A stretch of 64,000 nt of DNA from Yuukianura sp. NJ FZ-2021 (taxonomy: Eukaryota), in NCBI GenBank assembly GCA_046563655.1, contig CM102284.1, positions 8,184,001 to 8,248,000 of the forward strand. Reading direction: 5' to 3'. This document shows positions 45,817 through 60,080 of the stretch, in pieces. Position 1 is the stretch's first letter, and the number at the start of each line of letters is the position of its first letter. The notes below the pieces were generated by a model. It ran no database searches and was not told where the DNA came from. It saw only the letters and a program-made list of their open reading frames with translations. The position numbers were made by a program, and so were the translations under genes.

Positions 45817-46325
45817 CAGACTGTCCCCACCCGTTCAAATTTTCGCGCTGCTTCAATTGTACCCACCCAGTGTCCCCACCGGATGGATACATTTGTCCCC
45901 ACCACAACCAAAAGCAGTACGTCCACCTAGCGGCAATACAGTAACCTCTGAATTCAAGCTGGCAACGTTCCAAATTTCTAAACATGATTTGATAAATCCT
46001 GTTATATTTTCCCGCGCCGAAGGCGCGGCACTTAGGTTTGGCTCCCAAGCAAGCAATCGTGATTACGTCTGTAGCTTTACCCCGCTGATCTGAGTTTCGC
46101 TATATTGATTCCATGTGCCATTGGTGGGTACAATGGAGCAATGATACAACGTTGCCAGCTCGAATTCGCTAGTTCCATTTCAACCGCTAGGAGGACTCGG
46201 TGTCAGGCTGGTGGGTACAGATTTGTCCCCGATCCCCAAGTGGAGACATTTGTCCCCACCAGGTGGGGACAATGGGTGGGGACAATTGAAGCAGCGCGAA
46301 AATTTGAACGGGTGGGGACAGTCTG
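45817..46325. mobile_element. ~509-bp foldback TIR element with GTCCCCACC subterminal repeats
   Basis: CAGACTGTCCCCACCCGTTCAAATTTTCGCGCTGCTTCAATTGT is inverted at 46282-46325. Inner IR GAATTCAAGCTGGCAACGTT / AACGTTGCCAGCTCGAATTC. Confidence 0.85.
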
Positions 46326-46608
46326 GCCGCTCAAGTTTACTTCGACCCAATTGCAACTGAACTCAAAACAGCATGCAGCAAAAAAAAAACAAAAAAAAGC
46401 ATGCAGCAACTGTATTAAAAAAAAAAAACTTCCACTGTTTTGCCAATGAGAATTTGTATTTTGCCTTTTTGTATTTCGCTTTGCAATTCACCAAACAAAA
46501 TGCCATTGAATTCTTTTGTTTTTAATTGATCTTTCCAAATTTCTAAACATGATTTTGTTTTATTTTGGTTCATTAATTGATTAATTTCACTGTTAAGATG
46601 CGGTTAAT

Positions 46609-47016
46609 TACTACTCGGCTCTTTAATCTGCCATCCTCTGATGCCCGTTATTTTCGCAAAAAGTGCAAAATAAACAAAGAATCTCCCGTGGTTTCCGAAA
46701 TTTCAAAAAGGGTTAAAATTACACCGGAGTTACCCGATGTAACCACCTCCGCAATTACATTTATTTATCTTTATTTTAATTTTACTTCCAAGGTTCCAAG
46801 GAATTAGTTATTATTTTCATTATTATTTGAATTCCAGAAATAAAATTAAAATAAAGATAAATAAATGTAATTGCGGAGGTGGTTACATCGGGTAACTCCG
46901 GTGTAATTTTAACCCTTTTTGAAATTTCGGAAACCACGGGAGATTCTTTGTTTATTTTGCACTTTTTGCGAAAATAACGGGCATCAGAGGATGGCAGATT
47001 AAAGAGCCGAGTAGTA
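46609..47016. mobile_element. Foldback element: 176-bp inverted arms with a 56-bp spacer
   Basis: 46609-46784 is the reverse complement of 46841-47016, with no mismatch found by eye. TA at both ends is compatible with a TA TSD. Confidence 0.93.
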
Positions 47017-47177
47017 GTTAATTGTTAATTGATTTAAGAGCGTCAGTGACTTTTCCACTGCAGAAGACAGTGGGAACTCTGTTTCTTCGGTGCATAAGGA
47101 ACACAAAAGTCAGTGGTTGATTGCTAAACAGCTGTTTTTTTTTCATTCATCACTTCACTGTAGCAGATCCAGAAGTT

Positions 47178-48685
47178 ATGATGAGCCAAGGTCAGGGTCA
47201 AGGAGACGAAGCAGTTCAGGCGACGAACGATGATGCAACGGTTTGCAAGAGATCGGCAACACATTTGGGGTATTGGTGTGACCCTTACTTGAACTACTTC
47301 ATCAAGGGACCTGTCGTCCGGAAAGCCCCTGAGATCAACCGTGGATACTTTGCAAGGTACAATTTTCAATTATACTCTTGATTAATCATCTGTTCAAATT
47401 AATTAATCCGTTTCCCTTCGACTATTTTAGAACCTTTGGAATGTACCACCTCATCGTTGACACTTTCGACAAGATTTACAAGTCCCAGTTGTCTGAAGAC
47501 GCAAGTCATCACAGCCAGCCACAATCCCCAACCACCGAAGCTGGAAATATGCTGCCTCCACCTCTGCCATCTCCAACTGGATCATCTTCAGTAACAAATG
47601 TTCAAATAGTCAACCTCGGGTGTGGGTCTGACACGTTGTACTGGAGACTCAAGAAAGAAGAAAAGCTAATCGAACGAAAACGACATGTCCATATTTCTAC
47701 TTACGTCGACGTTGACTTCCCATCAACCACAATGAAGAAAATCCATGCCATTAAAAGTACTAACGAACTCTTGTCTCAACTCAGCAACGACGGTGAGGTT
47801 TTGTCTGCTAAATCAAAAATTCAGATTCTGTTTCCGGTTTTTTGATAATTTCTTCATTTCGGACTTTCTAGACGGTGAAATTAGCATGAGCAAATTCGAT
47901 CTTCATTCTTACAATTATCACATTGTTGGAACGGATCTTCGAGACATAAACCAGGCAAGGAAACCCAGACTTTGTCTTAACATTGCATTGTATAACTCAT
48001 TGTTGGTCTTACTATAAATCCATCCGTGTCTCTGCATTTTGAATGTAGGTGTCAGCGAAACTCGCTAGTTGTAACTTAAGGAACGACGAGCTGACGATTT
48101 TCATAGCGGAATGTGTCCTAGTCTACATGGAACCCAAATCCTCTCAAGTTCTTCTTCAGTGGATAGCACAGAACTTTAGTACTTCTCTTTTCATCAACTA
48201 CGAACAGGTACATTTTCATTCAATTCAAAACCTCAATTTTCAAGTTTCAAGATGTTTCAAAATGGTTTTGCTTTTGTGTATCAGGTGAACATGACTGACA
48301 AGTTTGCTGAAGTTATGCTAAGCAATTTAGTGCAGCGCGGGTGCTTGCTCTCCGGAGTGGAACATTGCAAAGATCTCATTACTCAAGAGCAGAGGTAATT
48401 CATCATCATGATTTCAAGTATTTCAAGTATTTCGTGGTTATTTCAGGTATTTCATGATGTTTGGAACTTAGGTTTGTGGATGCTGGATGGACACAAGTGA
48501 AGAGTTGGACAATGAACGAGGTGTATGCGAGTATCCCGAAGAAGGAGCTGGAGCGGATTGAAACGCTGGAGCTGCTGGATGAGCGTGAACTGCTGCAGCA
48601 GTTGTTTGACCACTACTGTATTGTTTTAGCTGTCAATTTGAAAGGATCCACCTCATTCAATTTAGAAGATGTGGGATTTGAATGA
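47178..48685 (+). CDS. LCMT1: Leucine carboxyl methyltransferase 1 (PP2A C-subunit methyltransferase)
   Basis: DEAVQATNDDATVCKRSA..LGYWCDPY, RKAPEINRGYFAR, QIVNLGCGSDTLYWRL, IAECVLVYM, FINYEQVNM, IETLELLDERELLQQLFDHYC. Six exons, one intron with a GC donor (47955-48048). Confidence 0.95.
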
Positions 48686-48847
48686 ATAAATTACAATGGA
48701 AACTGGTCCTGATGCCCATTTTGCACTAAATCCAACTTATTCAATCGCCAAAATCAAGGTGAGCTAAATCACTTTGATTTTGTTAATTATTCCAAGTAAC
48801 CCAATGGAATCAGTGAGTTACTTCAACTGAATCAAGTTCTAGACAAG

Positions 48848-49065
48848 AAATCCTTCAAAATATGGGGATAAGTTTGTAATTTGGTCAAACGCAATTCGGT
48901 CAAATGCAATTTGGTCAAAAAGTGAAAAGGTCAAAAAGTAAGTAGATCAAACATAACATAACCACCTACTATTTGTGGTTGTTGATATTTTCACTTTTTG
49001 ACCTTTTCATTTTTTTGTCATTTTCACTTTTTGGTCGAATTACTTTGACCATTTCTCAAGGATTT
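48848..49065. mobile_element. Degenerate foldback/MITE with GGTCAAA subterminal repeats
   Basis: AAATCCTTCAAAATATGG versus CCATTTCTCAAGGATTT; GGTCAAA repeats on the left arm are mirrored by TTTGACC on the right. Confidence 0.6.
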
Positions 49066-51252
49066 GGAAAAACGCCTTACATTTTGTGCTAAAAAGTGTG
49101 GTTTATGGGCATGGCGTTGCAGTCACTAGTCCCTGTAATGCGTGCCATTTTAATCTGCTTCGTATTTTTTGCAACAAAACAAGTTAATAAAACGTCAAAA
49201 AATTGCACACGGGCCATTTTTTTAAGTTTCGCACCCATTGACTTTGACATTGACATTGGGAGGTTTATGGCAGAAGGGCGTCTGATTTGCAAAAATGTAA
49301 AAAACTTACAGCTTTTTAGTCGAAGGCTAATTGGTTTCTAGTTTTGCTAAAAGTTGTGAGCTAATTGTGTTATTGGCGGCACGTGTTAAGTGGATTCTGC
49401 ACATGTATGAGGAGTGATTGGGAGATTTTGCAATCCCAAATTTGCAAAAACAAAAATAATTTTTGTAAATTATTGTAAAACAATTATTGTAAATCATACA
49501 AAACCACAACCTGTCAGAGGAAGGAAAAAATTCGCGAAAAATGGAGGAAAAAAATTTCCAGAAAGGAGATGAATTGGGAAGATTCGCAGAAAAGCGATGA
49601 AACGGGAAAATTCGCGAAAACTTGAAATGTGGGAGGAAAATTCGCCAAAATTTGAAATGCGGGAGGAAAATTCGCCAAAAATTTGAGATGATGAGATGGG
49701 AAAATTTGCAAAAGTTGATTGAGATGAAAAAGTTCAATGTTCAAGGGCAAACGTGTTATGTTCAAAGGCTTACGCGTTCATCCAGTTCATCAAGTACGAG
49801 TTTCACATAATGAGTTTACGTCGCGTCGTCATTTAAAACAGAGATTTGCCATTTTCCAGGTAGGAATGAATATCACTGCGTAGTTGAGTCAGCACGAGCA
49901 ATTTTTTTTGTGCAAATTCTGCACTTTTTGCACTTGAACGGAATGAATTATTAGTGAGACAGAGACAATTTTGAGTCAACGCGTGCAGTCAGAATGGAAA
50001 TTTGCAACAAAGTGTGTTAAAAATGTCTAAAAACTCTTGTCGTTCCACGTGTGTGACTTTCAAAATGAACTTTAAAGAGACATTCAAATCCTAACTTATT
50101 CTAATTATATAATATAATTAATTAATTTATAAAACAAAAATAATAAGAGGAATCGCTCGTGCAATTCTGAAAACAAGGTTGTTGCTATCATAAAGGTTTG
50201 TGGTGACTGAACATTTGCAATAGGTGATGCATTTGCAAAAATAATTTTTTGCAAAGTGGGAAGTGAAGTTTGTGCAAAAATTGGCACAATGTGTCATGTC
50301 CATCCTCTTCCTCCTTTTTAAGAAGAGACACTTGGTGACCTTTGTTTTCTTGTTAAATGTCAGCTTCAAATATCCTTCTTGAACTTGACATTGGAAAACC
50401 GTAGGTCATAGTGTCAATATCAATGATAATTAAACCATATTCTGCCACAGCGAAGTATAGTTTGCAAATTTTTTTTTTGACAAAACTACAAAAGGTTATT
50501 TGCAAAAAATTTCGATTTCAACCAAATTGTAGTCCGTATACGAACATCTTGTAGTACTTTAAAAACGCCGTTTTGAATTTAAAAAAAAACAGTGATGGTA
50601 AACTTCCAGAATCTCATTGGTAACTAAACTACAACTACAAAGTAAATCTTAGGACTGTTGAATTCCGTAAAAGTTTATTTTCTGAATTTCGAAATTTTGA
50701 AATTTAGAATTTGAAAGAAAATGCAGAGTTTTATTCAACTTGCTGAGATTTCCAAACTGGTTGACTCCACGTGTTACAACTTTTTTTTTATTTTAGTCTT
50801 GATTACCACATTTTACTATGTACGTATGAATTTTTAAGTTTTTTTTAGTATTATACATCTGTGTTAATTAACGAAAAAATTCAATAACTTTTAACTTCTG
50901 AGCCTAAATATTGAATATCGAAATACAAGCAGAAAAAGAGGAGCAGATTCGAAAAAAAAAACTTTTTTTTTTTAATTTTTCTGAAAGTAGTAACTCGTGT
51001 GACCTATTTTCTGGCTGTTTTTTGTGGATTGTTGCCTGGGACTGGAGTAGTTTATCATTGATGATCAGAGTAGGTCCAAGGGCCCCTGCGATTAGTCCAA
51101 GGGACCCCCTCTTCTCCACGTGGAGATCACAAATACCTGGGAATGTAGGACGTCTGTCTGGATTCGGGCTGTTTCATCTCCACGAGATCCATTTCTTCCA
51201 CCTTCCCTGTCTGCCGCTTCAAAACACGTGGAGACCAAAAAAAAAAGAAATT

Positions 51253-51652
51253 CGTCCGTCCACCAGTCTATGGACTGTCGTCCACAGGTCAATGGACGGG
51301 AAATTCTGTCGTTTGGACGGGAATTTCTGTCATCTGGACGGGAATTTCTGTCGTCCACAGGTCAATGGACGGGAATTACTGTCGTCTGGGCGGGAAATTC
51401 TGTCGTCCACAGGTCAATGGACGGGAAATTCTGTCGTCTGGACGGGAAATTCTGTCGTCCACAGGTCAATGGACGGGAAATTCTGTCGTCTGGACGGGAA
51501 ATTCTGTCGTCCACAGGTCAATGGACGGGAATTTCTGTCGTCTGGACGGGAAATTCTGTCGTCCACAGGTCAATGAACGGGAATTTCTGTCGTCCACAGG
51601 TTGGACGCGAAATTCTGGCGTTCACCGGTCAATGGACGGGAAATTTTGTCCG
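51253..51652. repeat. Composite minisatellite of 31-bp and 21-bp subunits (52-bp higher-order unit)
   Basis: GTCGTCCACAGGTCAATGGACGGGAAATTCT alternates with GTCGTCTGGACGGGAAATTCT, about 7 long units. Confidence 0.92.
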
Positions 51653-52516
51653 TTGAGGCCACGATTTCCGAATTGTCGGGTTGATTTTTTAAAAAAAAAT
51701 CGATTTTAGAAATTCAGCGAAAGGTTCCGTTGATCTTTGAAATGTTGGATCTGGCGGATTGCATGTGAATTTGCATTTGAATTCGGAACCCTTAAGGGAC
51801 CGACTTCCGTTAAGGGATGATGTGAATATTTGAGATTTGAACGAACGAATGAATTGAAATTTGAACGCTTCAATTCCTCTCAAGATCGAAACCTATTGAC
51901 AGATTTAGAATTTTTAATTTTTGGAAGTTTCTGGAACAAGCGTTGAAGAGGGGGACTTAAGGGCTCTGTGCTGCTTAAGGGTTACGTGACTTCGGATCCG
52001 ACACGTGGAGCGTCGCTTTCTTCACTCCGCCTCTCAAATCCGATTGGTTGACGCCCTCCACGTGGAGGAATCAACTGCTTTTTAATACAAAATCACTAGT
52101 GCAATACTACAAAATATAGTATAAAATAATTAACATATTATAATATATTATTAAAATATAATTAGTATATTACAAAAACTAAAAATATTCTGAATATTGA
52201 GCAACCAAGGCTGTTTGATTCGACGCCGAACGTCTTTTTCATTTTCTCTTCCTTTGGACGCCAAACTCAGAAACCAGCTTCATGGCTTTCAATAGTGTTT
52301 CTAATTATCCCAAATTTTGAAAACATTGTTCCGAATTGCAATTTCTTCGAAATGACAATGCATTCTAAAGGTAAACTGTTGGTAGATTATGTGTTTAGTG
52401 TGAATTTGACTTTAGTTAATAGGAGAGGTGGGGATAAGCCCAACCTTCCCTCTCATACTCCATCCAAACTCAACACAACCAAAAAACGCTTAAAAAATTC
52501 ACACTCTCTAAATTTC

Positions 52517-52544
52517 TATAAATTCATCATTGTCACTGTCAGTC
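52517..52544 (+). promoter_or_regulatory. Possible core promoter of the carboxylesterase (TATAAA plus Inr-like TCAGTC)
   Basis: TATAAA at 52517-52522 and TCAGTC at 52539-52544, about 200 bp upstream of the ATG. Spacing is shorter than canonical. Confidence 0.3.
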
Positions 52545-52741
52545 TCCAGAACTTTCAGGTAGAAACTCAGCAGCATCCAGCACAAACTCACAGCAGCATC
52601 CAGCACAAATTCACAGCACACAACTTTAATGTGTATAGATAGGGAAGAGTGCACCACTTTCTCCCAACTTTCTCCGACTCTCGAGTTATTGTTCTATTTT
52701 GAATTTTTTGAGTTTTTTCAAACTTTTTGAAAATTTTGAAA

Positions 52742-56695
<3,954 letters not shown>

Positions 56696-57177
56696 TTAAC
56701 ACAAAATTAATTACAAAAGAAACTAAGACTGAAGTTTGTGCCATTTTCATTCTCTGATACAAAAAAAAGTGTAAACATTTTAAAATTTTCATTTCTATAA
56801 CATAAATCAATTCAAATGAATAAATTCTAATAATTTCACTATTTTGATAAGTAGATTTGGTATTCTATTATTTTGTGACAAGAGATGCTGAATTGGGTTA
56901 AGAGAGCATAGAATTCCGTTGCATTTATTGGTTATGTTGCGTGTACAGTTCCAGTCCAATAGTTTTGATCGTTCAGAACTGTTTTGTCACCTATATTTAA
57001 GTTGAATGTGAGCAATCCGTTTTACTTGACTAGGTTTAATAACGACCAATTTTGTTTTAGCCAAGTTCACACCCATGCGGTTTGCAGCAATCCGGGAATT
57101 TATTGATGAAATTGTGTTTTCGTGTTTCTCGATTTAGTTGTGTTGAGGTGGACGATCGAGCACAATGTTTTGACTAA

Positions 57178-57412
57178 TTTTTTAGTTCAACTATTATTGT
57201 TGTGGTATTATTGTACGACTATTATTGTTCAACTATTTTTTAGTTCAAATTGTTCAACTATTTTTTAGTTAACCTATTATTGTTCAATTATATTTTTGTT
57301 CAACTATTTTTCAGTCGAATTATTATTGTTCAATTATTATTTAGTTCAGCCATTTTTAGCTCAACTACTTTTAGTTCAAGTATTATTGTTCAACTATTAT
57401 TTAGTTCAATTG
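57178..57412. repeat. AT-rich minisatellite (TAGTTCAACTATTATTG-like)
   Basis: More than 10 degenerate copies of GTTCAACTATT. Confidence 0.8.
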
Positions 57413-58161
57413 TTGTTGTGAGAATAACTTTTAGTTGCCGTTTGTGATTAGATTAACTAAACAATAAAAAGTTAATAAAAAGCTTACATTAATAAATTAG
57501 AGTTTGTAGGTGACTATAAAATGTGCTAGGTCCTGTACTATAAAATTAGTCTATGACAGGACTAACGGTGGATAAGATTAAATAAAGAAATGATAAGTTA
57601 TGTGGAGGGAGTAGTCGGAGGAGATGTGCTGGTGCATGGAGGTCTCACAATTTAGCCCTAAATAATTAGCACTTTCTGACAGTTTCCTCTGTGTAGTGCC
57701 TCCCCTGGATTTGCAACTCGGAGTGAAACTGATTTTTCAGTGGACAGATTTGAGACAAAGTGGAGGTCAATGAAACTTTGGTCATTTTGGCACCCACGGC
57801 AACTCCAACAATAAGCAGGTACGTTGTGACAACCCCAATTCGCTAGTTGTCAAGGATTGACGAAAGGACAAACTATATTAAAGTAAAAGTGTTTTTTTCG
57901 GATACTAGAAAAATAATTTAGTCCAGCCTGTACACAAATTGCATTTGGAAACAATTGCACCATTATTGAGAAGAAAATTTCCTTTTCCAAAAAGAAAGGT
58001 GGAGAAAGTGAACATCTCAAAAAAAAAAATTCAAAGTTGGACAATTTCGTCAAACTTCAAAATTCTGCCAATTTTTCTGAAATTTTAAATTTCCAGCTCA
58101 AATTTGTGTGGTTTTTGGTCACAGGTCAAAAGTCAAGGGAAAAAGTGAAAGTTGGTGAAAA

Positions 58162-59457
58162 ATGGCGGGGAGAGTTACGGTCAAAAACCGAAATGGGAAA
58201 CTTGTGCTGCTGACGCTCGTGGTAACTTTTGTTGGCGTCTGGAGTTTGTTCCAAATTTCAGAACTCAAACAATCACGTAACTGCAAATGTGTAAGAATAC
58301 TAAAATTTAATTTTCTTTTTCCAAAAATTTCACTTTCAGTGTAAAAAATTGCAAAAAAAAAATGCAATTTTTTTTTGCAATTTTTTACACTTTACCTTAA
58401 TTTTTTCCAGGATTCGAATCAAGCTGCACAAGAAGCGGAAGCGGATACTGCGGCTTCACTTCCAGTTGCAAATTTTGCACAACCACCGAAACCTTATGAT
58501 CTCTACGCAAACGCAGCCCCGAAACTCCCACAGCAGCAAATTGGCGCAGACGCAGAAGCTTCAAAACCGGCTCAAGTTCACACAAACTCAGACGTCTTGG
58601 CCCCACCGCTTCTATCTAATGCCACCCTCGTGGAAATGCTGTCGCAGCACATTCTACTGGAGCCACCGTGGGTCCAAGCCATGGACTGGGGCCTTGTGGA
58701 GGACAGTACTTTTAACTTAAGGACCCTTAAGGGCACATCAGCTGACCAAGAAACCGAGTTTTCCTGGAAGACGTTTTTCCATGGCATGACGAGAGGGCTG
58801 TTTCTGGAACTTGGTGGGATGAACGGTAGAGACTACAGTGCGAGTTTGCCTTATGAAACACAGGTCGGCTGGAGGTCAATTCTCATCGAAGGGAGCATGG
58901 ACGACGCTCAGCAGATTCCTCTTAACCGTCCATCGTCCTTGAGTCTTCAACTGGTCGTCTGTCAACAACCGTCCACCGTCCATTTCGTCCATGCCGCCTG
59001 GGGAGTCGGTGGAATTCTGGAATTCATGGCTCCCGACTTCCTCTGGGAGTTTCATCGCCCACTGCTCAAGGATTCGGTTTTAGAAAAACCGGGTAACAAC
59101 GAAAATGTTTCGGATCTACTAGATTGGGAAAAAGTGAAACGTAGCAAAAACGTTTTTGAGCAGCAGTGTCTCCCCCTGCAATACGTTTTTGATCGATATG
59201 GAATTAGGCATATCAACTTCATGGTGCTGGACCTTGAGGGGGGTGAGCTGGGGGCCCTTAAGTCCCTCGACTTCAACCGAATTCGGTTTGATGTCATGTG
59301 TGTAGAAACGAACAGAATGCAGAATCCAAAGGACCCTTACATCGCAGAGGTCATTGGGTACTTGACCTCCAAGGGATACATTCTGTTCCAATCGGAAACA
59401 ATCGGAAAAAACTCGTGGTTTGTCCATCCTAGTTGGACCAGATTCAATTCAACTTAA
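58162..59457 (+). CDS. Type II membrane FkbM-family (Methyltransf_21 / Star-like) methyltransferase-fold protein, copy 1
   Basis: Exon 1 encodes an N-terminal TM helix; GT donor at ~58291; single ~1-kb exon 2 with GLFLELGGMNG, GWRSILIEG and INFMVLDLEGGELGALKSLDFNRIRFDVMCVE. Confidence 0.8.
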
Positions 59458-59589
59458 ACTTAAATTAACTAATTAAAAATAACTTATTTTAATTACTTTT
59501 CAAAATAATCATAACTTGGTTTAGAAATTTTTAGCAACATTCCATTTTAGTGACAATAAAAGTAAAAGTTCATTTTTATCCGTTTAGAT

Positions 59590-59821
59590 CAAGGTTCCTA
59601 TAGCGCCCATTCATACAAATGCATTAACAGGTTATGCCATAACTCACTTTTTTTTTCAAAAGATTACGGGAAAAAACTTTTGTACGAATTCCGTTTGCCT
59701 AATTATCGCAAGACGTGAGGTCAACGAATCGAAAAAAAAATTCAAAACAAACAATTTTTTTAAAGCTGCAGTTTATAGCATAAGCTGTTACGGAAAACAA
59801 AAGAAAATTTAAATAACCTTG
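59590..59821. mobile_element. 232-bp CAAGGTT...AACCTTG MITE with a perfect 8-bp TSD
   Basis: GTTTAGAT at 59582-59589 and 59822-59829; subterminal IR TAACAGGTTATGCCATAA / TTATAGCATAAGCTGTTA. Confidence 0.9.
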
Positions 59822-60080
59822 GTTTAGATCATGCGACAAAGCACAGTAAAAAAAACGTAAAAGATTTTGTCACCATGGCAACCGTAACTCTAAAATCACA
59901 AATTATTTTTCTGGTGTCTATTTTGTAAAACTTGTTTAAAAAAGTTTATTTTTGTGTTTTATGATGTTTACTCTCGTACTCTTCGTCTGCTAAAAACAAT
60001 TATTTGTACGAAAACCGGAAATTTCCAAGTTGAAAGTTCAAATTTTTGGTGCTTTTGGGTCAAAGGTCACTTTTTGAAAA

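Noticed and set aside
50904-51709. ORFs of 114-221 aa in several frames
   Set aside because: They are stop-free products of the minisatellite, and the same peptides appear in all frames.
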